Below are positions 1-10,431 of a DNA stretch of 64,000 bases, piece by piece. Where the stretch lies: assembly GCA_963803435.1 (NCBI GenBank), contig CAWDML010000007.1, positions 1 to 64,000 on the forward strand. The letters run 5' to 3'. Below the pieces are notes generated by a model, which saw nothing but the letters and a program-made list of their open reading frames with translations, made no database searches and had not been told where the DNA came from. A program made the translations under genes and the position numbers. Numbering within the stretch: the first letter of the stretch is position 1; each line of letters starts with the position of its first letter. Origin of the DNA: an uncultured delta proteobacterium. Its GTDB lineage: Bacteria > Myxococcota > Kuafuiibacteriia > Kuafuiibacteriales > Kuafuiibacteriaceae.

Positions 1-51
1 GAGGCCGGAGCTCAAGCGCTCGAGATGGTCGCCGAATGCCCAGGACCGGTT

Positions 52-1809
52 CTAAAGACTCTGCGGCGGGCCGAAGAGCAGCAGTGCGTCGCTCATGGAG
101 CGGGCCTGGGCTTCGAACCAATCCGAGCTCCGTGCGACGCGCGAGATGCGGACCTCGTCGATTGTCCCTTCGAGGTGGCGGGCGTCGGCGATGTCGACGT
201 TACCGAGCACCGCCGAGACGGTGGAGCTCTCGACCTGGTCGCCGCCGAGGAGGGCGGAGGCCACCTCGACGCCATCGAGGTAGATGCTCAGCGTTCCGCC
301 GGCGGCGCTCCAGCTCGACGCGAGGTAGTGCCAGGTCCCGGGTGTGATCGACCCGCCGGAGGCCTCGGCGTCGGACGCTCCCACGCCCGCGCTGGAGAGT
401 CGGCTCGTGGCGGTGGTTCCGCTGGAGACCTCGAGCGAGAACACGTGATCGCTCGGAAGCACTCCGGACGCTTCGGAGAGGACGTGTCCGAATGATCCGG
501 TCCACCGGACCTGGGCCTCCAGCGTGATCGCGTCCCAGGCGCCAGCATCGATGGGGCCGAAGTCGATCAGATCGTCGAGCCCGTCGAACTGGAGCCCGGC
601 GCCGACGCGGCCCGGCACGCTGGCGGCCGCGGTCATGCCGCCCAGCGTCGTTCCGTCGCGGAGGTGACCGCTGCTGTCCTGTACCTCGCCTGGAGCTCCC
701 TGGGGGCGCTCGCCGAGGTGCCAGACCGCCTCGTACCCGGCGCTCCAGACTTGCGACACCGGGGGCGCGCCGGTGGCCGGGCCGTCGAAGTACATCCAGA
801 TGCGGTCGGGGGCGGCGGTCGAGCCCTCGGCGTGGATCGCGGGCCAGCGCACCCAGACGTACGAGCTGCCGCCCGCGTCCCAGGCCTCCACCTCGTGGAC
901 CAGCAGCGTGCTTTGGTCGTCCGCCACGAAGCGGAGGCTCGCGCCGCCCGTCCCTTCGGCAGCATAGTCGATCCGCTGCGCGTCCAGCCGGACCAGGACC
1001 GGGAAGTTGGTGAGGTCCTCGCCGATCCCGGTGCGATCGACCGTGATCGATCGGCGCATGAGATACGCTTGATTCCACCACGGCACGCAGGTGCTCGGCT
1101 CGCCCTCGCAGCGGTAACCGGGCTCGACCCAGCACACCGGTGAGCATCCGTCGTTCGGTTGAATCGCGCCGTCGTCGCACGTCTCGCCGCCGCGGACGAA
1201 GCCGTCCCCGCAGATGGGCGCGCACCGGGTCGGCTGAGAGGCGTCGCAGCTCCAGCCGAGCTCGACCTCGCATCCGACGCTGCAGCCGTCGCCGCCCAGG
1301 ACAGCCCCGTCGTCGCAGGGCTCGGCGCCGACCACGCGACCGTCCCCGCAAACCTCGGTGCAGAGCGACGGGGAGCCGATGCACGACCAGCCGACCTCGA
1401 CGTTGCAACCTGCGTTGCAGCCGTCCCCAGGCGCGCGATCGCCATCGTCGCACCCTTCGCCCGCGACGACCACGCCGTCGCCGCACACGCCGCCCCCGTC
1501 CACCCGCTCGGCATCGGCGGGCTCGGCGTCGACCGGCTCGGCGTCGACCGGCTCGGCGTCCTCGGGTCGAACGTCGCCCGGCTCGGCGTCGGGGGGCTCG
1601 GCGTCCTCCAGATGCGCGTCGGTGACCTTCGCGTCCAGGACGGCGGCATCCGCACCGGCCTCGACCGCCCCGGCGTCGGCGACCGAAGCGTCGGCGCTCG
1701 GCTGGCCGGCGTCCGGAGACGCCGCGTCCGCGAGCCGCAACGACGGAGGCGGCGGCTCGAACGTGCAGGCGATCGACGCCATCACGAGCAGGGGCAGCAC
1801 GCGCCTCAC
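52..1809 (-). CDS. Secreted/lipoprotein with Myxococcus Cys-rich repeats, DUF2341 and LamG/ConA-like domain
   Basis: Signal with lipobox-like SIAC; DAEPV linker repeats; three CGDG..ExCDDG..GDGC repeats; LTNFPVLVRLD..LRFV (DUF2341-like); C-terminal G.IDEVRIS. Confidence 0.8.
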   Translation of the reverse strand: MRRVLPLLVMASIACTFEPPPPSLRLADAASPDAGQPSADASVADAGAVEAGADAAVLDAKVTDAHLEDAEPPDAEPGDVRPEDAEPVDAEPVDAEPADAERVDGGGVCGDGVVVAGEGCDDGDRAPGDGCNAGCNVEVGWSCIGSPSLCTEVCGDGRVVGAEPCDDGAVLGGDGCSVGCEVELGWSCDASQPTRCAPICGDGFVRGGETCDDGAIQPNDGCSPVCWVEPGYRCEGEPSTCVPWWNQAYLMRRSITVDRTGIGEDLTNFPVLVRLDAQRIDYAAEGTGGASLRFVADDQSTLLVHEVEAWDAGGSSYVWVRWPAIHAEGSTAAPDRIWMYFDGPATGAPPVSQVWSAGYEAVWHLGERPQGAPGEVQDSSGHLRDGTTLGGMTAAASVPGRVGAGLQFDGLDDLIDFGPIDAGAWDAITLEAQVRWTGSFGHVLSEASGVLPSDHVFSLEVSSGTTATSRLSSAGVGASDAEASGGSITPGTWHYLASSWSAAGGTLSIYLDGVEVASALLGGDQVESSTVSAVLGNVDIADARHLEGTIDEVRISRVARSSDWFEAQARSMSDALLLFGPPQSL

Positions 1810-1817
1810 GGTCGGCT

Positions 1818-2537
1818 ATGATACCCACTGTCATGACGAATGCACTCGAGCGCCGGATCCGTCTGGGCGGTGGTACACGAACCGTGGCGCTCACGTTCCT
1901 CGACTGCGACGGCGTGATCTTCGACTCGAACCTCGCCAAGCAGCGGGCGTTCGCGCACGCGCTCGCCGATTACCCACACGATGCCGTGGAGCGGCTGCTC
2001 GAGATCCACCGGATCGAGGGGGGTGTCTCCCGGTACGTGAAGCTGCGGCGATTCTTCGAGGAGATCCACCCGGTCCGGGATCCCGAGCCCGCGATCGCTC
2101 GCGCCCTCGAGCGCTTCGGCGCGGCCTCACGCGCCGCCTACGCCGAGCTGGCCCCACTCCCGGAGGCCCTCGCGTTCGCCGACGCCATGGGCGCCCCCGC
2201 GTCCGTCGTCGTGGTCTCGGGCTCGGACCAGGACGAGCTCGTGGACGTCTTCGCCCGCCACGGCATCCTCGACCGCTTCGCCGCCGTGCTCGGCTCACCC
2301 GCGACCAAGCCCGAACACCTCCGCCGCGTCCTGGCCGAGCGCCACCTCCCCCCGGACCGCGCGCTCATGGTCGGCGACGGAAAGGGAGACCTCGACTGCG
2401 CCGTCGAGCTGGGCGTGGGGTTCGTGTTCTTGGAGGCGCGGAGCGAGTGGAAGGGCGGAGCGGCGGCGACGGAGGCGGCGGGGGGAACCGTGGCGCGCAC
2501 GTGGGCGGAGCTGCGGGGGCGGGTCGTGGGTTCGTGA
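1818..2537 (+). CDS. HAD-superfamily hydrolase
   Basis: DCDGVIFDS motif I and MVGD motif IV; start may be 1833. Confidence 0.85.
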   Translation: MIPTVMTNALERRIRLGGGTRTVALTFLDCDGVIFDSNLAKQRAFAHALADYPHDAVERLLEIHRIEGGVSRYVKLRRFFEEIHPVRDPEPAIARALERFGAASRAAYAELAPLPEALAFADAMGAPASVVVVSGSDQDELVDVFARHGILDRFAAVLGSPATKPEHLRRVLAERHLPPDRALMVGDGKGDLDCAVELGVGFVFLEARSEWKGGAAATEAAGGTVARTWAELRGRVVGS

Positions 2538-3070
2538 TCACGAACAGCATCACGACACGAGCCTCCCCCCGCCGTCCCCACCCGCAGGTTCACCACGTTG
2601 ACCGGGGGCGGGGGCGGCGTCTCGCCCGGGTGCCAGATCCGGATTGGCACGTTCTCGATCCCGTACTCCTGCAGCGCGTGCTGCACCGTCTCCAGGCCGA
2701 GGGCCGCCGGACGGACCTCCTCGGCGGCGTCGCTCTTCACCGTGGCAGTGAGCCAGGCGCTCACCTCGGGGTGCTCCTTCATGAGCGTGGCGACGATCCG
2801 CAAGGCAGCCTGCGAAGACTCCGTGAGCTCGCCGGTCGATGGATTGTAGAGGAGGTCGACGAAGCCTCCGATCGGCACCGGCAAGTAGGCGCTGTCGAGG
2901 TCCACCCGGTAGAAGGGATTCGTGGGGGCCTCGGGCCCGGGCGGGGGCGGCTCGGGGGCCATCTCGAGGTCAGTCTGGGGTTCGTGCACCATGTTGGGCA
3001 GCGCCTTGGGCCCGCTCGGTGGGGGCGCTGCGGTTGCGGCCAAGCCGACGAGAAGAATCGGTGTGAGCAT
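2138..3070 (-). CDS. Hypothetical exported protein (weak OmpA-C-like region); 3' end uncertain
   Basis: Signal peptide and Pro-rich linker; frame runs ~400 nt into the HAD gene, possible indel at the C6 run 2565-2570. Confidence 0.45.
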   Translation of the reverse strand: MLTPILLVGLAATAAPPPSGPKALPNMVHEPQTDLEMAPEPPPPGPEAPTNPFYRVDLDSAYLPVPIGGFVDLLYNPSTGELTESSQAALRIVATLMKEHPEVSAWLTATVKSDAAEEVRPAALGLETVQHALQEYGIENVPIRIWHPGETPPPPPVNVVNLRVGTAGGGSCRDAVRDHEPTTRPRSSAHVRATVPPAASVAAAPPFHSLRASKNTNPTPSSTAQSRSPFPSPTMSARSGGRWRSARTRRRCSGLVAGEPSTAAKRSRMPWRAKTSTSSSWSEPETTTTDAGAPMASANARASGSGASSA

Positions 3071-3103
3071 GGGTCAATCCGCCTCTCTGTGCGCGGGGCC
3101 GGG

Positions 3104-3757
3104 TCACCTGCGCGCCGTCGGGTGGTGGTAATGGCGATACGGCCCGGGGCGGACGATCAGCGGCCGGTACGAGAACGGCGAGTAGAAGAAGGGGTCGTAG
3201 AACGGCGAGTAGTAGAGCGGCGAGTAATACGGATCCTGATAGTAGGCGAGCGGCTCGGGCTGCTCCATGAAGGGCGTGCGCTGGTTGTAGACCAGGTCGC
3301 CGGCACGGGCGCTCCACTCGACTCGGAAGCCGTCGACGTCGCGCGGGGACACGCCGTCCGGCATCACGAAGTACAAGGAGAGGTTGCCGTCCTTTCCGGG
3401 TTCGATGGTCCGGGAGCCCTCGACGTAGTCCGGCTTGCTCCGGCGGATCGTCCGGCCCTTGGACTGGACGTGGATCCGGATGTCGCTCGGGTCCACCTGG
3501 ATCGGCTGATCCGTGTCGTTCTCGACCCGGAACCCGACGTGAACCACGGTCGGGCGCCCGTCGACCCTCGAGCGGTAGGCGCCGTCCGACCAGACCATCG
3601 CGTCTCCGAGGTGCTCGCCCTTGGCGACCATCTCGTAATCGGCGGCCGTGTATCCTTGCGGCGAGATCCCCGTCGCATGTTCTGTTGGTATGAATTCCTC
3701 CGAGGTGGCGCAAGAAGCTGCGACCACGCCTAAAAGGAGAGGCGCTGCGATTCTCAT
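3104..3757 (-). CDS. Hypothetical lipoprotein
   Basis: Lipobox VAASC; Tyr/Pro-rich C-terminus. Confidence 0.7.
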   Translation of the reverse strand: MRIAAPLLLGVVAASCATSEEFIPTEHATGISPQGYTAADYEMVAKGEHLGDAMVWSDGAYRSRVDGRPTVVHVGFRVENDTDQPIQVDPSDIRIHVQSKGRTIRRSKPDYVEGSRTIEPGKDGNLSLYFVMPDGVSPRDVDGFRVEWSARAGDLVYNQRTPFMEQPEPLAYYQDPYYSPLYYSPFYDPFFYSPFSYRPLIVRPGPYRHYHHPTARR

Positions 3758-3769
3758 GATCGATCAGAG

Positions 3770-3785
3770 TGCAACCGCGGTGCCG
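3770..3785 (-). promoter_or_regulatory. Putative sigma54 -24/-12 promoter
   Basis: CGGCACCGCGGTTGCA (GG-N10-GC) just upstream of the ATG at 3757. Confidence 0.45.
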
Positions 3786-3797
3786 ACGCACCGCCGA

Positions 3798-6700
3798 TCA
3801 TGCGCGCATCTTATCGGCCTCGAGCGGCGTCATCGGTTCGTCGGGCTCGAGCGCCAGCTCTGCATCCTTCTCGAACTCCTTGGTGAAGTCCAAGACGGTC
3901 GGCGCACCCGACAGCGGATCCTTGTGGATGTAGAGGCTCGTCTCCACGTGGGGCGCGACCAGCTCGCTGCGCTCCTTCGGCGTCGCCATCACCAGCTGCA
4001 ACCCCAGCCCGCGAGACAGCTCCAGCGTGGCGCGGATGCGGCTCTCGTCCATCTTGCCGAACGCCTCGTCGAGGAGGACCAGCCCGGCCAGCGGCCGGCC
4101 CGAGATCGAGGTGGATCGATACACCCGGAACATCGAGGCGAGGATCGCGACGTAGTACGGCGTCTGCGTCTCCCCGCCCGACTTGTCGGCGGCGACGCAA
4201 TCGTACAGCGACATGGTGCCGTCCGCATGGTGGATCCGGAGGTCGTACCGGTAGTACTCCCGGTAGTCGGCGCGCTCCGCCAGCTCGTTCTTGACCTCCT
4301 GAGCCCGCCCGCTGGTCAGCCGCTCGAACAGCTCCTCCAGCGTCTTCTGCGCCTCGGGGCTGGCCAGCGGCGCGCCGCCGAATAGCGAGTCCCGTTCGAA
4401 CGCGCCCGCCTCCATGATCAGGTCGTAGAAGGCCTGGTGCTCGGGAGCCACCTCGAGTGAGAAGCTGTATCGCTCCGACCCGAAGGGGACGTCCTTGAGA
4501 GCGCGGTTGAGATCGTCGATCTGCCGTCGCACCGAGTTGAGGTTCTCGCGCAGCCTGAAGATCACGTCCTCCGCGAGCTGCTCGATCGCGTGCTTCTTCA
4601 CCTCGGCGATCCGCTCGCGGTACTGAGGCAGCTTGCTCTCGCGCCAGACGTCCAGCTCGCTCACGAACTCGCCGTAGCGGTCGCCCTCCTTGTCCGCCGC
4701 CAGCCCGTACTCGTTCACGTACTCGGTCTTGAGCGCCACCAGCTTCTGCACCAGGTTCTCGACGTTCCGGCGCTGGACCCCGTGCTTGCGCTTGTAGCTC
4801 TCCTCGAGATCCTCGGCGGGCTCCAGGGCGCGGATCTCGCGATAACGCTCCTCGAACGGCGTCCAGTCCTCCGGGAACGCCTCCCCGAGCTCGCCCTTCG
4901 CCGCGGCCGCGCGCTCCTCCTCCCGCGCCACCTTCTCGCGGTGAGCCTGGAGGCGGGCCTCCAGCCGCCCCTGCTCGGCGACGCAGTCACGGTGGAGATC
5001 CGTGACCTCGCGGATACGCCGATCCATCTGGTCCTTCTCCGTCTCCAGATGCGCGATCTCGCTACGGTCGACGCCGGCGAGCCGCCGGGCAAGGACCGAG
5101 ACCTCGCCCTCGAGGTTCGGGATCTGGCGCGACTCCTCCACCATGTCGGGCAGGCGCTTGGCCTCGCCCAGCGCGCTCTGCGCAAGCTTCTCGCTCTCGA
5201 TCAGCCAGGAGAGCGCCTCTGCGGACCGGATCATCCGCTCCGAGACCTCCCCGAGGCGCCGCTCGATGTCGTCGATGCGGCGCGCGATGGCGGCACGGCC
5301 GATGTAGTGACGCGCGTAGACCTCGCGCCGGGTCTGCCGGGCGACGTGACCCTGGAACACCATCACGCTGTCGGTGATCGCGCGGCGGTACTGGCGCAGC
5401 TCCCGCTCGCTGTCGACGCAGACGACATCGCCCATGAGGTTGTCGATGTACAGCCGCGTGTAGGGATCGTCGGTCTCGACCTTCTCGGCGAGCGAGCCCT
5501 GATCGGCCCGCGGCCGCCGCTCCGCGATCTGCTCCACATCGACCAGGCCCACCGAGGAGATGAACACCGGGCCCCGGCCCGGCAGCGGATAGTCGTGCTT
5601 GTTCTTCTCGTAGAGTGAGAGCGCCCGCTGGAAGTCCTCGGGATCGACGATGACGTCGAACCGCCGGGTGTTGAGGAAGCCCTCCACCGCGTCGCGCCAG
5701 CGCTCGTTCGGGACCTCGATGAGCTCGGCGATGGGCCGCGGCTCCCGCTTGCCCTTGAGCCGGGTGCGCAGCAGGTGGAGCAGCGCCTCCGCGTACTCGG
5801 GGTAGCGGTGCCGACCTGTGTCGAGATCGCGCCGCTCCTTCTCCAGCTCCTGGCCCTCCTCCTTGGCCGCCGCCATCTGCTCCTCGAGGCGGGCCTTGGC
5901 AATCGTGGAATCGGTCAGTACCTTCACGAGCCGGCTCTCCCAGGTCCGCACGTCGCGACCCACCAGCACGCCGTCGGCGCGGAGCGTCTCGCGGAGGCGC
6001 TCGACGATGTCGGGAACGTCGGAGGCACCCACCAGCGAGGTCCGGTCGAAAAGATCGCTCCAAACGCTGCGGATGTCGCGGGCCTTCGGCGAGAGGATGC
6101 GATCGAGCAGGCCGGTCTGCCCGGCCAGGATCGTGCGCGCCGCGCGATCGGCCTCCTTGGCGCGAGCGAGATCCTCCCGCGCCCGAGTGAGCTGCCGGTC
6201 GAGCTCGGCGATCGTCTGCGCGGTCGGGTTCATCTGCAGCGAGCCCACCACCTGATCGCGCTGATCGCGCAGGAAAGTGAGCTCGCGCTCGTGACCGTCG
6301 ACCTCGGCCATGATCTCGACGCGCCGCTGATCGGTGGTCTCCATCGCGGTACGGAGGGACGCGACCGACTCGCGGTGCATCTCCATTTTCGCAAACAGCG
6401 AGACGAACAGATGGCTGCGCTCGATGTCTCGCTCGTGCTCGACCCGGTGGCCGTGGTTGACGATCCGCTCCAGCTTCTCGATGCGCGACTGGGCCGCGAT
6501 CGCCTCGGCCTCCAGCCGTTTGTAGTGCTCGAGGTTGGACTGCAGCGCCGCCGTATCGACGGGCCGATCGTCGAGCAGATAGTGGAAGACGAAGTCCTTC
6601 ACCTTGCCGATGGGCTTGAAGTCGAGCGACTTGACGAGGAGCCGGTGGAAGGACTCGGGCAGCGGGCCGAGAAGATGGCGGAGCGCGTCGCGGTAGGTGC

Positions 6701-7221
6701 GCGCGTCGCCGAAGACCTTGGCCTCCGGGTGGCGCTCGCGGAGCTGCTGCTTCAGCTCGCGGAGCGTGCGGACGTACTCGCCGTCGAGCGCGGGGAACCA
6801 GCGCGCGTCACCGCCGGGGGCCACCCAGTGGAAACGGTCGACGCGCTGATCGGACTCGAGCGCCTCCATGGCGACGCCGCAGGAGAACGAGGCGCGCTCG
6901 TCCTCGTCGTCGACGAAGGAGAGGATGACGTGGCCCGTGGCGTTCTTCCGCCCGTACTTGAGCTGTCCCGGGCGATCCTCGTCCTCGGAGCCCAGTTTGT
7001 AGCGGACGTAGCCGTAGAGCGTCCGGCGGCTGTGCTCGTTGGCGGCCTTGTTGAAGCGGATCTGGGCCTGATCGGCCACCAGGGCCCACTGGATGGCGTC
7101 GAGGACGGTCGACTTTCCGCTCCCGTTGTCGCCGAACACCAGACAGCTGCCGTCGAAGCGAAACGTCTGATCGACGAAGTGGTACCAGTTCGATCAGCCG
7201 GACGGCCCGAAGCTTTCTCAT
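3798..7221 (-). CDS. jetC: Wadjet/Mks SMC-like ATPase JetC (1-nt frameshift at ~7191)
   Basis: Removing base 7191 gives MRKLRAVRLINWYHF..GDNGSGKST (Walker A), long coiled coils, KSGGETQTPYY signature, LLDEAF Walker B; ATG overlaps jetB stop. Confidence 0.88.
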
Positions 7222-7862
7222 GGCTCCTCCTCTGCGTCGCCGTCCGGCGCCGAGTCGCCGTCTTCCTCGCCGCCCTTACCGCCCACGTACTCGCGGACGC
7301 GCTCGTAGAGATCCGTGATCTTGTCCGGCGGCAACACCTTCTCGATCACGGAGGAGACCACGATGCGTTCGTCGTCGGCGGCGGAGAAGCCGCGATCGAT
7401 CACCACCAGCTCGTGTCGCGCCAGGCGCCGGAGCGCGTGCGTGAGCGCGGTCCGGCTGAGATGCGCCAGCGGCTTGCCGGACTGCACCACGCGCTCGCGG
7501 AGCTGTCCGACGGTGAGCTCGCAGGTCTCCTCCTCACCGACCCGCTGCATCTCCTCGTGATAGACGAGGCGGCAGACGCAGAGGATCAGGCTCTCGAGCT
7601 TGGAGAACTGCACGCGCTGGCGTCCCAGCATGTGCATGGCGCGCCCGAGCCGCAGCACGGGATCGAGCTCGAGACGCCAACCGCCCAGGCGAAGATAGGC
7701 GTCGATGAGCCCCTCGTACTTCTCGGCGAAGCGCCAGTCCGGATCGGGTTGCAGCGCAGCGCCCGGCGTCAGCACGTGGCCGGACAACAGCCGCGTGACG
7801 ACGTGCCGGAAGTGCTCCTGCTTCGCCGGCTCGAGCTTCGGGAACTCGCTGCAGAAGTCCAT
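7218..7862 (-). CDS. jetB: Wadjet JetB (DUF4194-like)
   Basis: 214 aa between jetA and jetC; FSKLESLILCVCRLVYHE resembles DUF4194. Confidence 0.8.
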   Translation of the reverse strand: MDFCSEFPKLEPAKQEHFRHVVTRLLSGHVLTPGAALQPDPDWRFAEKYEGLIDAYLRLGGWRLELDPVLRLGRAMHMLGRQRVQFSKLESLILCVCRLVYHEEMQRVGEEETCELTVGQLRERVVQSGKPLAHLSRTALTHALRRLARHELVVIDRGFSAADDERIVVSSVIEKVLPPDKITDLYERVREYVGGKGGEEDGDSAPDGDAEEEP

Positions 7863-9278
7863 CTATGAGCTTTTCTTGCGGCGGCGCTTCACGATGCGCC
7901 CCCTGGGGATCCGGTAGGGCCCCGCGTGCACCGGCTCGGACGCACCTTCGAGGTCGAAGCGGAACGTCGAGCGGCCGTCGAGCCCGTAGGCCGCGGCGTA
8001 CATGGCGCCCACGTAGTCCTCGTCGGTCTCGAGCGGCAGCGCATCGGTCTCGATCGCGTCCCGCTCCGCGAGAAGCTCCGCGATCCGCTCTTCCATCTTC
8101 TTGCGCCCAAAGACGCGCCGGACGCGCTGGGCCGCCTGCTGGCGCAACGCGTCGGGATCGCCCTTTTCCGCCCGATCCAGCGCGACGCGCTCGGGCCGCA
8201 CCCGCGACCGCCTCGGCGTATAGAGGAATCCTTCTCCGAGGAGCGCGCACTTGTAGACGTCGACCTCGATCTCCAGCTGCTCGCTCGCGGCCAGGTGATC
8301 GACGAGGTACTGGAGCTGGGCCTCGGTCCTCCGATCCTGTCGCAAGAGGTACATCAGCTTCCTCAGCGCAGTGCCGGAGAAGCGCGCGTTGCGACGATCG
8401 AGATCGTCCGCGATCTCGGGCAGCGTCTCGAACTGCGATCGCATCAGCGAGAGATCGTCCTCGAGACGGCGCTGAGCCTCCTCGAGATCGCAGCCGTAGC
8501 TCTCGGCGGTCCACGCGATCGCCGCGTCGAGGCTGGCGCGATCGCGTCCGATCCTCTCCAGCCGATCGAGGATGCGCGTCCGCCACTTGAAGAGATTGTC
8601 GACGGTCTTGATCTGGTGATAGTTCGCCATCACCGCCGAGTGATAGCGGCCGATGCCCTCCTCCAGGATCGTCGCGGCCGACTTGGCACGGTCGAGGATC
8701 TTCTGGGTGAACGCTTGCATGTTGCGGTTGAGGATCTTGAGCTCCCGCACCAGATCCAGCGTGTTGCGCCGCGCCTCCGACAGCGACACACCTGGGCTCC
8801 CGGCGAACGAGTCCGGCTTCAGGAGCGTCGCGATCGAATGGGCGTAGCCTTGCAGGATCGGCTGCTCTCCCCGGGCTGTTCGCATCAGGACCTCGAGGGT
8901 GCGGGCCGCGTAGGCGTGGAAGTTCAAGACGGCGCCGCCGGCCGACGAGCGATACTCGAAGTGGACCCACCCCGACCGCTCCAGCCGCTCCAGCATGCGG
9001 CGGGCCGCCTGCCGCTCGGCCGCCGCTTCGTCGGCCCCATCCGCCTTCCCCTGCCCCAGGATCTCCTCGCGCCGCTCGCTCCAGAGCGCCGACTCCCGGA
9101 GGATGTGCTCGATCACCTCGAGCGCGGTTTCCTTGAGGAGAAAGAACGGATCCCGCTCGAACTCGTACTGATAGAAGCGTGCGAGCACGCTCCAGTAGAG
9201 GGGTGCCAGCGGCCCGGACAGAGGTCCAAAGAAGCCGCGCGGCACCTGCTCGAAGAGGTCCGGCGTGGCCGGCAACAT
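7863..9278 (-). CDS. jetA: Wadjet JetA (DUF5716-like, type II)
   Basis: LFEQVPRGFFGPLSG N-terminus, winged-helix RLERSGW, size and operon position. Confidence 0.78.
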   Translation of the reverse strand: MLPATPDLFEQVPRGFFGPLSGPLAPLYWSVLARFYQYEFERDPFFLLKETALEVIEHILRESALWSERREEILGQGKADGADEAAAERQAARRMLERLERSGWVHFEYRSSAGGAVLNFHAYAARTLEVLMRTARGEQPILQGYAHSIATLLKPDSFAGSPGVSLSEARRNTLDLVRELKILNRNMQAFTQKILDRAKSAATILEEGIGRYHSAVMANYHQIKTVDNLFKWRTRILDRLERIGRDRASLDAAIAWTAESYGCDLEEAQRRLEDDLSLMRSQFETLPEIADDLDRRNARFSGTALRKLMYLLRQDRRTEAQLQYLVDHLAASEQLEIEVDVYKCALLGEGFLYTPRRSRVRPERVALDRAEKGDPDALRQQAAQRVRRVFGRKKMEERIAELLAERDAIETDALPLETDEDYVGAMYAAAYGLDGRSTFRFDLEGASEPVHAGPYRIPRGRIVKRRRKKSS

Positions 9279-9459
9279 CCCGGCGACGCTAACAACCCCG
9301 CCCCGGTCTCGCCAGCTTGTGGCTCGGAGTCACCGAGAATGTCGATCCAGGCGCCGCGTTTGCACGGGTCATCCCCCAACCTGGCCCGGCGGGGGCTGGG
9401 TTTCCGACGGAGGGGACGCCTTGACCGAGGCGAGGCCCGCACCCGAACGTGCGCAGCTC

Positions 9460-10431
9460 ATGCTCGGGTTGGCCGCCACGCTCGCGCTGGTGTCGATCGC
9501 CAACCCCACGCCCGAACGGCGGGCGCTCAAGCTGCTGTACGAGGTCGACGCCGCGCTGGTCCGCGACTGTCCGGGCGCGAGCACCTTCCTCGACAGCCTG
9601 TCTGCGCGTCTCGGCTATGTCCCGCCCGACGAGGCGTCCGCGCCGCTCGCGCGCATCCGTATCGAGCCGCGCGGCGGCGGGCTGGTCGGCCGGGTCGAGC
9701 TCGAGCGCGGCGGCGAGCCGGTGGTCTCGGAGGTCGCGGCCGGGCCGACCGAGTGCCGCGCCGTGGTCGACGCGCTCGCCCTGAAGCTGGCGCTGGCGCT
9801 CGATCCGTTCCAGCTGTCGCCGCCACCGCCGAGGGTCGAGACCGCCACCGTCGCGACCTCGACGCCTGCACGATCCCACACGCCGAGGATCTATCGCCGC
9901 GTGGTCCCGCGGCGGATCGTTCGTCCGCGCCCGCCGATCTATCGCCGCCTGCGCGTCGAGGCGGGCGGCACGCTGCCGCTCTTTGCGCTTCCGAGCACAC
10001 CCGCGTACGGATTCTTCGGAGCGTTCGGGTTCCAGTACACGAGAGGGTTCGAGACCGACGTCTCCTTCATCGGGCTCATCCCCAGCGGCAAGCGCGCCGG
10101 CGAGGGCCGCATCAGCGCCTACAGCCTGCTCGGTCGGGTCGACGTCTGCGGGCGCGCCGGCGGCTTCGCGTTCTGCGCGATCGTCACCGCCGGCGCCACG
10201 CTCGGCGGCGGCCGGGGCTTCGCCGTCGACGAGCGCGGGAGCGCGCTCCAGCTCGGCGGCGGCACGCAGATCGCCTACGACTTCGAGATCGCGGACGGCT
10301 TCGGAATCCGCCTATCGGTGACCGGCGAGGCCCTCGCCGTCCGTGCCCGGCTGAAGGTCGACGAGGAAACGCTCTGGACAATGCCGCCCGCGCACGTCGA
10401 GATCGCGTTGTCGCACTGGGTGTCGTGGTGA
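9460..10431 (+). CDS. Hypothetical exported protein with beta-rich C-terminus
   Basis: Signal peptide from MLGLAATLAL (ORF open from 9265); stop overlaps the sigma start (GTGA). Confidence 0.6.
   Translation: MLGLAATLALVSIANPTPERRALKLLYEVDAALVRDCPGASTFLDSLSARLGYVPPDEASAPLARIRIEPRGGGLVGRVELERGGEPVVSEVAAGPTECRAVVDALALKLALALDPFQLSPPPPRVETATVATSTPARSHTPRIYRRVVPRRIVRPRPPIYRRLRVEAGGTLPLFALPSTPAYGFFGAFGFQYTRGFETDVSFIGLIPSGKRAGEGRISAYSLLGRVDVCGRAGGFAFCAIVTAGATLGGGRGFAVDERGSALQLGGGTQIAYDFEIADGFGIRLSVTGEALAVRARLKVDEETLWTMPPAHVEIALSHWVSW

Noticed and set aside
1505-1610. 15-bp tandem repeats
   Set aside because: Encode the DAEPV low-complexity linker of the surface protein
7926-10427. 1009-aa + strand ORF and similar long ORFs (e.g. 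1358..3733, 47512..50118, 55663..58029)
   Set aside because: Shadow frames of real genes in high-GC DNA; only 10428..10955 of this ORF is a real gene
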